Assembly (NCBI RefSeq): GCF_964355755.1 | Contig: NC_092679.1 | Location: 4,866,201 to 4,930,200, forward strand | DNA: 64,000 nucleotides | Direction: 5' to 3' | Origin: Antedon mediterranea | Taxonomy: Eukaryota; Animalia; Echinodermata | Shown here: one piece after another, positions 11,502-23,500 of the stretch | Layout: each line of letters begins with the position of its first letter | How positions within the stretch are numbered: the first letter of the stretch is position 1 | Made by a program: the position numbers and the translations under genes | The notes under the pieces: generated by a model | The model's input: the letters and a program-made list of their open reading frames with translations, nothing else | Database searches by the model: none | What the model was told of the DNA's origin: nothing

Positions 11502-14500
11502 ATGGCTGCTGGTGTAAGTACCGTTTCTTAATTGATGAAAATCAATGTTTTAAATTTTAATCCGTTGAAATACCTAGATATCATATAGCTGAAAATAAAA
11601 TATAACATTTAATTAATATATTGTATACTTTATTTTGTATTTATATTTGCCAGACGCTGTACACCTACCCCGAAAACTTCAGGGCTTACAAAATCCAGAT
11701 TGCTGCAAAATACAGTGGTGCTGACGTAAAGGTTGTGCAAGATCCTCCAGCCTTCAAACTTGGAGAAACTAATAAATCTCCTGACTTTTTAAAAAAATTT
11801 CCTCTTGGAAAGGTAAATTGAATGTCTCTGTGTATCTAAATGTAGGATATAAAGTATAATGAATGTGAAAGTATTTTAATATAATATAAATAATATACTC
11901 TAGGCTAGGCCTCCTACTTTTTACTAGCTAGGCTAGGCTAGGCCTACTAGACCTAGCTAGTTAGGCCCCTAATAAATTATCACAACTTAAAAAAAAAATG
12001 TTTTATTGAACAAAGTGGATTCCAGCAGATTGATCAGAATCAACGCAATTAATTGGTCATGCATGCACATTTTTATAACTTCATGCCATGTACAACTACA
12101 AAGTTTCGCGCTAGTTCCATTTCGCACCTGTCATTTATTCAACTCAAAATTTGTTTTTAGTAACTTTATCGTGATTACCACACTTTAGAATTAGGCCTCA
12201 AAAATACTTTTACGATGGAGATCACACAAAAAGTAACAAATAAATCCTTTAAATTGATGAATTTATGCACTTGTCAATTGTATGACACACTATACGACCC
12301 CCGGGAGAGGTGCGTCATGGGTGCGTCATTTACAAATAATTACTGTCGCAGGGGTGCGTCAAAAAACCTAGATGGTACGTCACATCAATGAACAAGGTGT
12401 GTAAATGTCAGTCACTTTACCACCCATCATATCATAAACAACATGGTCACAGTGCGTCAAAATGGGTGCGTCATGGTCACCTAAAGGTAAGTCGCATTTT
12501 TGACGCACCGGTGCGTCATGGTATTCAAAGGTATGACGCACATCGGACAAATGACGCACCTCTCCCGGGGGTCGTATAGTGGGTCATACAATTGACAAGT
12601 GCATTACAGACGTGTTTCTCGCATATCGGTTTGTGAATTTCACGTTCAATGCTGTTGTTTCTATGGAGCGCCAAAAGAGCAATCATAATAGAGAGCTGAA
12701 AACTCAATATAATGCGTATATTTAATGCATTTATTGGTGAAAATTGCGTTCACTTTTAATATATTTTGTCAATGTCGATGCAACAAAACCCTAGGCCTAA
12801 ATCAGCATCACTACCTAGCCTACTAGGCCTCTAACTAAGACTAAGAGGAATATTATTTAGATCATTGAGGTATAAACCTACAGTACATGTAATATGATGA
12901 TGAATTTTCATTCTTTAACGAAAACTGCGAAAACCATGTACAGTATTAAGAATAACATTTTGTATTGACATTGACAAAATATATTAAAATTGAACGTAAT
13001 TTTCACCAATAAATGCATTAAATATACGCATTGAGTTTTCAGCCCTCTATAAGGATTGCTCTTTTGGCGCTCCATAGAAACAACAACATTGAACATGGCG
13101 TATTCGAAATTCACGAACCGATGTGCGAGAAACACGTCTGTAAATTCACTGTAAATTCATCAATTTAAAGGATTTATTTGTTACTTTTTGTGTGATCTCC
13201 TTCGTAAAAGTATTTTTGAGGCCTAATTCTAAGGTGTGGTACTCACGATAAAGTTACTAAACAAATGTCGAGTCTAAATAAATGACAGGTGCGAATTGGA
13301 ACTAGCGCTTAAAGTTTAACACCAATTTTTCCGACTGGTTGGCTGACTTGTAGTCTAGTGGTTTTGTATGTTCAATTCTCGATCAATTTTTTCCATTTTT
13401 TTGTATTCAAAAAAATGTCTTTTATTCACCATCGTCTTTATACATCATTGTCTTTACCAACCATTGCCTAGAGGGATGTTTTTTTTAGGTTTTAATTCTC
13501 AGTGTTAGTTTCTATCGGAATCTATTCAATGGTCAGTTGAGTTCCGGTGCCGGAATCCTAACCACAGCGTTTATTGAAAACCTCATTTTGTACTAGCAGC
13601 TGTGTGTTAAAATAAATACATAGGCTAGAGAGGCTAGGTAGTTAGGACTAACTAGCATATAGGCTTTTAGATAGAAAGAGTTTGTCAGCATGCCCAGAGC
13701 TATTGTTTTAGCCCCAGCCTTTAACTTATTTCACTATAGGCCTAGCTAGTCTTGATAAACTTGTTGCATCCATCGTTTTGCGCATGTGTATATGTTTTTG
13801 AACGTGCGCAGAATGTCAAATGATTTTCCGATGTAACTACAGGCCAACCTAGAAAACTTAATAAAAAGCAAATTTACTTTTGACAAAATTAGGTTCCAGC
13901 CTTTGAGGGAAACAATGGCACTCTACTCACAGAAGCCAATGCAATAGCTTTCTATGGTAAGTACAGGCTGGTATAAAGTAACATTTATATAACCTACAGT
14001 CGCGTGCGTGCAACGCGACTCGATAGCTCACTATGTCAGTAAATACTCAAATTTGCACAATTGGCCTTGTTGAAATAAAAAAGAATAAGGAAAGTCACAG
14101 TAACCTGTTAATTGGTTTGTAACTAAATTTCTCACCTTGTGCAGTTGCTAATGAGACGTTAAGAGGCAGCAATGTACAAGACCAAGCGCAGGTACAGATG
14201 TTTGTGAACTTGGCTGACAATGAGATCTTGCCCTCTGCATGTAACTGGGTTTTCCCAACCCTTGGCATCATGCAGTTCAACAAACAGGTTAGTAAATTTC
14301 TTTATTTCAAACATTTTTAAAGTGGTCCAACATTTTAACGTTAAATTCTTCCTTTTGTTGTTTTTTTATGCCAATAAATGATGACTTGTTTCGGGACGTA
14401 ATCCTGATTATTATTGATGAACGAATTACTGATATTGGCATTTCAACTCCTATATTTTTCCGGTAATCCTTGTGTTTCATGATTTGATTGACAGGAGTTC

Positions 14501-17500
14501 TTTAGGATAGATAGTTCTTTAATCTGGCTGCCGTTAATCCTTCTCATTCATTTTCCATGTCTACTGCCACTTCACAATGTAACAATCCTTTTACAATTTA
14601 AATCCATTTAAAGACCCCTTCCCTGCAATTTTGGACGTTTTTTAGAAAATAATACATATATATCACTTTAAAAATATTAAACCATGTCATTCCTTGTCTT
14701 AAATGTACGTTTTATGGTAAATTATGATAAAAAGTGAGAAACTATGCACTACCTAAGTAGCTCGCGGCGATCGACCTCTCGTGGACGGTCTTAGGCCTAG
14801 CCTAGCTAGGCTTAGTTTTGTAGGCCTAGCTGGTAAACATTGGTAACGTACGAACATCATACGCTAGCTATATACCTAGTCTGACTGTGTATAGTTGCTG
14901 CATTAATTGTCTTTCTATTTTTGCCAGACTCAGTTGATACAAATTGGGGAAAACCCGGTATTTTTGCTGAAAAGTTAAGAGTCTTCCATTTGTTTTGGCC
15001 TCACGATCGATCGAAAATTGGGCGAATTACAGGTGAAAAACAAAAATATCAATCCGCGCGCAATGCATTTTGGGATTTATAGTGGGCCGCTATAATTATT
15101 AGAATCGACTTATTTTTCACATTTTTAACCGTTTAAAGACGAAAAAAGTTATCGCGATAGGACCATATAGTATTATTTTTACATTAAATGTGACCCGATC
15201 TCGCAAAACCCTCTCTTTGTCGGCAATTCAAAATTCACGTAATCAGTCAAAATACGTCCAATTCGACTACCCTGGCAGATTACATGTTTTTGCATTTTCG
15301 AAATATTTCACTATTTAAGAATACGTATACCTGATTTAAACTCCCGAAATTTATTTAAAATTATGAAAAAAGAAAGTTTTAAAAACATGTATTTTCCTCA
15401 AGCCTAACAATTTATTCACGATCTACGCTAAAATTTTGCGTAAATTCAGTTGAAAGTTGCCGAGTTTGACGACATTTTGATCACCAGTTCGCTGCACAAT
15501 GTTGAAAGGTCACACATCAAAATAAAGCTCATCCATTTGACATTCCAAATATGGAAGTTTTAGGGCGGAGTTTAAAAAAGGAACCAATGAAATCTTTGAT
15601 TTACTATGACATAATTTCAGAAAATTCGGTTCTTCGAAGTTTCTGGAACAGCGAACTGCGTGTGTTGCTATGGCGCATCATCGCAATAACAAACGTTATT
15701 GGTCAACGCGCTAGATGTTATACGCTCTACGCGCGGAAATAAAAAGTTGTTTACATTTTGTGAGGTTATTTTCATTTTACACACAGCATGTCGTAAATTG
15801 GAATAAAAACGATTTTAATATTCAAAGTAAAGTGTTCGGCGTGTTCTGCAATAGCTGTAGCCTGTATTTGTTTATTCCATAGTAAAATAGACAAGTCAAA
15901 AACAATTCACGTCATAAATTCAATTGTATTTTCTATATTTTTTTGGGCTAGGCCTTAATTTTATTATGGTTGTAGGCCTACTACTACTGGGCCTAGCATT
16001 ATTGTCAATAATAGTTTTCTTTATACATTTTATATATCCAATCGGCTCTTAATTATTTATTTAATTTATTGTCCAGTCCATTCATATTAAATGTTTTTTT
16101 TAATCATTGGATTCAAGTCCAAAGATTACAGCGAATCTTCCACGTTATCAAAAAAATAAATGTATTAAATAGTCAATACAATGTTTGTAGCTAGCAAGTT
16201 GTGACTCTGCAAGGCGCCAAACTTGTCTAGGGGTCATTCCATCTCAGTTCACCCAAAAAAAATGGAATTTTAAACCCTACCTCTTCCAATTTTGATGAAA
16301 TTTGGTATATGGGTGATTCATAGCAATTAAAGCCAACATTTCAAATTTTAACTTTATCGGACCAACGGTTTTCGAGATATCGCAATTTCAATTTTCGGTT
16401 TTTACGCAAAAAAGCGCGCGGCCGCCACGTTTCAAAGAGCTGTATCTCGGGAACTATAGGTTCGATTTTAAAAACAAAGGTATTTTTGTAAAGGGGAGAC
16501 CATAAGGAACCTAAATATACTAATTGTGTTTGTTTTATGTTAATTTTAAGTTGAATAAAACTTTGACATATATTTTGACCTTGAAATTGACCCCGTGGAA
16601 CACGCCCGATTTGTTGGTGACTATCACGAAAAATGTAGCCCTACGTGTCAACTACAACATATAAAAAAATTGGAGGGGTTTTTTTCTTTGTTTCCATGAA
16701 ATTACAATTTGAAGTTGACATACCTCTTCCTTTTAGTGTATTTTTGGTGTTGTTATACTTATACACAGTGTGAACACTAACTGTTAAGGTGTCTTATTGT
16801 TACGCTTTCTCATCAGGCCCACTTAAACAGTAGATGTATTTTGATATGAGAAATACTGGGTAACTCACATACTTTTCAAATCAATTTTGACACATAGTTT
16901 AGTGTCCTTACTATGTTATTATGCACATTAACATATGCATAATAAGTGATTGCAGAGAACATACAACAGTTACTGTATATGCCTTTTTAAAGGTTGTCAT
17001 CCCCTATATAAAAACAAAACTACCAACCATGAAAAAAGTTCATTATTTCACAGATGGATGTGGCGGCCAATACAAAAACAAATATTACTTTATTAACCTT
17101 TGCCACTACCAGGAAGATTTTGGTTTAGACGCCGAGTGGAATTTTTTCGCTACATCACATGGCAAGAGTGCGTGTGATGGCATAGGTGGAACAGTTAAGA
17201 GGCTTGTCACTAAGAGAAGCTTACAGCGTTTGACTGAATGTCATATTATCACATCTCTCAGTATGTTCGACTACTGTGTAATTTTTTATTTCTATTTTAT
17301 GTCTTTAGGCAATGTGGCCAAGGATTATCAATAGTGAATTAGTCACTGTCCTATCAGATAGGTGGTAATCCCCCTGATACAGGGGCTATTGTGTGAACCA
17401 GTTCACCGGGGTAACCCCCTACTCTTTTTCGAATAATGAACTGGGTCCTTTAAAGTACACACATGTTATAACTGTGTACACTGGACTATGGTTTATAGTC

Positions 17501-20500
17501 CTTATCCGAGAAGACTTGAAGAGAGGAGCGAGTCGGCCTCGAACCCTTGCCGATGTTGTTGTCTTTTAGGTACGGTAAACGGCGCCCCTGCCTTAACCGC
17601 TCGGCCATATGACTCGCTCATATGGACATTCCAGGCATCAACTTTTTTCATGTGGGAATAGATGAGGTATCTACTGTAGAAAAAGAAATAAAGCCGAGAT
17701 TCAACCTCGCCCAGACCATCAAGGGTACATTACAATATCATCGCTTTGTTCCCGTTTCTCTGGCACAGATGCAGGTCTACAAACTTAGTACCCAGATAAA
17801 CCCTCCGGATGTGGTAGTGATTCAAGAATCTTTCAGTGATGAAAATGAAATTGTTGCTGATACACAACCCACCATTATTAGACTTCAGAATTTTGTGTGC
17901 TGTAGTTATGATGGTGTCCCATGGATTGGTTTGGTGGTGGATGTCTCACTCTCAGAAGAGTTTGGGGATTTTCAAATTAAATTTATGCATCCTCATGGGT
18001 CAGCGAAAACCTTTTATTGGCCGTCCAAAGAAGACTGTTGTTGGATTCCTGAATCAAATGTACATTGTATTATAGCCTCTCCGTTTATAAAATCCTCTCC
18101 GTTTATAAAATCCTCTTCGACTAGGAATTACAGTATTTCCCAAAATGATCGTCACAACATTTCTAAATACTGTTTGAATTGTCCAGATGACAAGGAGTAA
18201 AGGCCAGACATAGACAATTGTAACATTATAATAATATTTAGTTTGTAAATAAAATTAATTTTGGAATACATCAAATTGACATTGAAGTAATGCATGGACA
18301 GACACCAAAAATACACTAAAAGGAAGAGGTATGTCAACTTCAAATTGTAATTTCATGGAAACAAAGAAAAAAACCCCTCCAATTTTTGTATATGTTGTAG
18401 TTGACACGTAGGGCTACATTTTTCATGATAGTCACCAACAAAACGGGCGTGTTCCACGGGGTCAATTTCAAGGTCAAAATATATGTCAAAGTTTTATTCA
18501 ACTTAAAATTAACATAAAACACACACAATTAGTATATTTAGATTCCTTATGGTCTCCCCTTTACAAAAATACCTTTGCTTTTAAAATCGAACCTATAGTT
18601 CCCGAGATACAGCTCTTTGAAACGTGGCGGACGCGCCCTTTTTTGCGTAAAAACCGAAAATTGAAATTGCGATATCTTGAAAACCGTTGGTCCGATAAAG
18701 TTAAAATTTGAAATTTTGGCTTTAATTGCTATGAATCACCCATATACCAAATTTCATCAAAATTGGAAGAGGTAGGGTTTAACTCATTGGGTGATCTGAG
18801 ATGGAATGACCCCTAGGCTAGTTTACTACTAACGCCGGCCCAGTGTCGATGCACCGCTGCCATACACGGCAACCCATCAGTAAAGGCGATGAGGCGAAAA
18901 TCTGAATAGGCCTAGGCCTAGGCCTGCTTGGTTTTTCGCTGTTGATATCGTAAACACCTACGAAACCAGTTAAAATAAGCTTGACGTTATAATGCTGCTT
19001 TTCAATAGTGCAAAATAGTTAATTCGAGTGACTAAATAGGTTAAAACGGGGTCTGAAATCAGTCAAATTGACTATGATGTGCACGCTGCTATTATCGCAC
19101 ACACTTCCTGGTATGACGTCATTGTGCCTTAGACCAAAATACCGCGTTGCTACGGAGTGAGTTTTCAGCGCGTATCAAAAAGAATTTCATTGCAAACTTC
19201 AAACGCGATTTTCTCGTAAACTAATTGAATGATTTGTAAGTTTTTAAAATGTAATAACTTTTTAAATATTTACTCAATTTTTATGAAATTAACACCACTA
19301 CAAAGCTTATGATTAAAATAATCCAAATATGTAAAAAAATACAAAATGAATATTTCCGACAAAAGTAAGGTTTTGCCAGATCGGGTCACAAATATAGTTT
19401 GTGATCTTAAATTAGATCTAAAAAACGTAGGGAAGGGGGCTTTAATATTAGAGAGCTTTCTATTTGCGATGACCGCTCTGCGTCATGTAATTGCTGTGAT
19501 ATTGTGTCCTCGCTCCCACCTCAACACAATTTTCATAATTTCTAGGTCCCGACGACGAACGACAACTCATCCATTGTCATTGACCTGACCTAGTTGGTCA
19601 AATTAAAAACTCACTATTGAACGGAGAATAAAAATTGCAGTACCTAAAAAGTTGTATTTGTTACTAAGATTTTTATAAAATAATTTTTTTTTAAAGAACA
19701 CAGAGCGTGCCAAAGAGGAGCTTAAGAATGTGATGTTCTACCTTAATGAATACTTGACAACAAGGACATTCCTTGTAGGAGAACGTGTCACATTAGCTGA
19801 TATTGCTGTTGCCTGCAATCTGTTGATGCTCTACCAGAAAGTAAGACTTAATTCTTATCGCTAGTGAAAAATGTACCAACAAAATACATTGCAAATACAT
19901 AACTAAAAATATTACATTTTTAAAGAATTCATTCACATTTCTATCTTTTGCCAATAAATGATGACTTACTTCGGGACGTAATCCTGATTATAATTGATGA
20001 ACGAATTACTGATATTGGCATTTGGATAATTTTCTTGGGTTCTAGACCAAAACAAGCTTTATGTTAGCCCTGATTATAATTCTATAATTCTTTAAAAAGA
20101 TCATTAAATATTTAAGTAACTTGTTTTATCGAATAAATTCGTAAAATTATCTATTTTGATCAAATAACCAGAAAACTGCAATACAAATATTGTATGAACT
20201 TCTTCATATCATGGCAGGTGTTTGATCCCAGTTTCCGTCAGCCATATGGTAATGTTACCCGTTGGTTTGTCACAGTAGTCAACCAACCTGAAATTGTTGC
20301 GGTCATCGGCAAAGTAAGCCTTTGTGAAAAAATGGCTCAATTTGACGGTGAGTAATAAATAAGATTTATATGTTAGAAAGAGGAGCCTTCAGACATGATT
20401 TTATACAAAAGGTTTTGTTTAAAATAAAAAAAAGAAAGCCAGCAGATGATGACTTGTTTCGGGACGTAATACTGACACATTTTGATGAATGAACGTCTGA

Positions 20501-23500
20501 TGCTGGCATTTTTTTTTAAATATTTCATTTTAATGTAACATATTAGTTATCCACTTTGACAAAAAATTGGATAAGAAAAAATTGTAATTACCAGAAAAAA
20601 TGTAATTTAAAGCAAAAAATGGTCAAATTGGCTACCAGCTAATGGGTTTTTGGTTGAATTTAACCATATATTTTGTAATTTTATAAGTGAAAACATTATT
20701 TTTTTAAATTTTTTCTTCTATGGAAGTATTTTACACTTTTTGTCCATTTTTAATCCTAGTTGGTTTTTTTTTCTGAAAATTATATAGCATGCTACATAAA
20801 AATAAACAGGACTAGGGATTTTTTTTTATGTTCAATATTATTTGGTACTAATTATTATGGCATTTGAATACAGCAAAGAAGTTTGCTGAAATATCTGGAG
20901 GGGGAAAGAAAGCAGACCAAAAAAAAGAAAGAAAAGACAAGAAGCAAGAGAAGCCACCAAAGGAAAAGAAGGCAAAGAAAGAAGAACCAGAAGATGATGA
21001 TTCGGACATTGTTCCTCCAAAAGCAGACAAGAAAGATCCTTTTGCACACCTACCTAAAAGGTATCTGTAGCAACCTACCTATTCAGTTGACATGCTTTTG
21101 AAAACACACATTCATTTGTATCAAGTATTTAAAAAAATATGTGTATTTATTTTTTTAACTTTTAGCACGCTTGTGTTTGATGAATGGAAAAAAATGTTCA
21201 GTAATAATGACGCTTCAGTTTACATGCGATGGTTTTGGGAAAATGCAGAATTTGAAGGCTATTCCATTTGGCATGGTGATTACGATTATAACTCTGAACT
21301 TAAAATGACATTTATGGCTTCAAATTTGGTTACAGGTAAGTGACCATGAATGAGGGAAACTTTTAAACATGGAGTCTACTCCCTTGATAAATTCAGCTTA
21401 AATTGTTGAGATAAGCTTTTAATCAAATGAAGAAATAGTTCTTGAAAATGTTGTGAAGTTGCATCCTTACCATGCTAGCGTGAAGTGAAGGATGTCTATT
21501 TTGCTGGTAAAACAAATCATACATGCCATTTTTAGACGGTGGTTGTACAGTGTACAATGCAGTTAGTGTTCTAATCACGCTTCCCCAATCTTACGGAACT
21601 TGTAAATAGATATTGATTATTGTTTATATTTACAGGCATGTTTCAACGAGTTGATAAATTGGCAAAGAATGCTTTTGCTTCTGTTTGTGTAACTGGCGAA
21701 AACAATAATTGTCAAATATCGGGTGTCTGGATGTTCAGGGGTCAAGAATTGGCATTCAATGTAAGACCTCTTTTTAATTTTTTTTTTTTTATTTATTCAT
21801 TTAGCATCCATTTAATACATTTAAAATACATAACAAAGAAAAGACATAAGAAAGACATAATAAAAAATCACATATAAAATGTTACATATTGTTGTTTTAA
21901 ACCCATTTCATTGTATAATTGACCCAGGAGCTGACTAATTTTAATAGAATGTTGAATTAAATTTAGTTGTACATTACAATGTTTAGATTAGACATGGTCG
22001 TCATATGGCAACATTGCCTCTATATCAATTATCAGCATATGCAGCCTGCCTGGAAAAAGTTTTTTATCACAAACAATATAAAATAATAAATAGTTTTCGT
22101 TTGTGATTTATATGCTTCTTATTCACTCACGAAAACATTGCAACACACCACAAACGAACTACGTCGGCGGAATGTCCATTCAGCATGTTTGTTATTGTGC
22201 GATATTTTCATCTATACACATGCGCAGTTTGTTTGTTCGTAATTACAATTACTGCGCATGTCTATTCATAAAATAAATTCTCCTTTGTCAGCCACGTGTA
22301 CATTTACAGATAACGCGATTTACAACTACTCGTCTGTACAATAAATAAGCCTCCTAACGGAAAACTCGTTTTAATTTATTCGAGTGACGCTAAATAAATG
22401 TCATTGATAGCAAGTAACGCTACATCGCTGTCACTTATTATAGGCTGGCGGCGGCGAAGCCTAACTAAGCGGATGAAACTTGAGTTTTTAAGGGAAAATT
22501 ATTTTCGCAAGTTTTGTGAATGATATATTTTTTTTTTTCGCAAATTTACAACTCCAATCGCAATTTGCGAAATCGCGAATGGGTAGCGTGAGCATAGACA
22601 TAGGTCGGTGTATGTCAATATAGGTCGGTGTATGTCAACATAGGTCGGTGTATGTCAACATAGGTCGGTGTATGTCAACATAGGTCGGTGTATGTCAACA
22701 TAGGTCGGTGTATGTCAACATAGGTCGGTGTATGTCAACATAGGTCGGTGTATGTCAACATAGGTTGGTGATGTCAACATAGGTACCTACCAAAGCACTA
22801 CAATGCTGTTACGTTTTAAGTACGATGCCATTAAGATGCCACTAAGATCTACCACTGCCACAATTGACCAAAAATTGAATGTGGAAAGTATGGTAGTATG
22901 GATATTATACATACTGTATATTGCCTGCTTAGAGGTAAAATATAAAATTTGACATCCCCTAATGAAGAAATAAAATTCTCGAGCATAATATCATTCCCGA
23001 GTGGATGTCAAAAATTAATCATATATTTTACCAATATAAAAGGCAATATCTGTTATCGTATACTGTAGCCAACAACAAGTAAAATATTTACTGGGTCGGG
23101 TAGCTGGGCCTCCTTTATGTAATAAGCCTCCTGCCTATAGTTAGGCGTTGCATTTACCCTACCATGCGAAGAATAATATATAGATAATTAATGATTCCTT
23201 GGCAATAAAATATTCACTTAGGCCTAGGTTGTTTAAATAATAACAGAAGAATTTCCATCAATAAGCTTAAATTAATAATAATATTATTATCAGGTAGGCC
23301 GAATCTATATATAAATTTACGTAAGGGCAAAATTCGGTAAATCGCGCGTTACTTCTAGAATGTTTACTCGATGGTATATAAAGTTGGTTCGTACTGTCGG
23401 TACTGATTTTAACCACCTGATATAACCCTGTTTACTAATTAAATTGAGTTAGATCATTAGTTATTGACAATTAAAACAAATTTAGGTTCAACGATTTGCC

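Larger units (their letters stand above)
15190..19389. mobile_element. Sola1-like non-autonomous TIR element, second layer
   Basis: TIR GTGACCCGATCTCGCAAAACC...TTTGTCGG / CCGACAAAAG...GGTTTTGCCAGATCGGGTCAC; 4-bp AAAT duplication (15186-15189, 19390-19393) fits the AWWT preference of Sola1. Confidence 0.65.
14612..19441. mobile_element. Kolobok-like non-autonomous element, outermost layer of the nested stack
   Basis: TTAA on both sides (14608-14611, 19442-19445); TIR agaccccttccct...cgttttttaga / tctaaaaaacgtagggaagggggct; AG...CT termini. Confidence 0.7.

Noticed and set aside
12884-12944. Possible further C/D snoRNA in EEF1G intron 2 (tacatg stem, ATGATGA)
   Set aside because: No CTGA D box and no recognisable rRNA guide; it lies in the centre of a fold-back transposon.
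21455-21560. Possible H/ACA snoRNA (two hairpins, AAACAA, ACA) in EEF1G intron 8; similar hairpins in intron 3 at 14015-14100
   Set aside because: No pseudouridylation pocket or target could be identified by eye, and the short boxes are common in AT-rich DNA. It needs snoGPS or Infernal.
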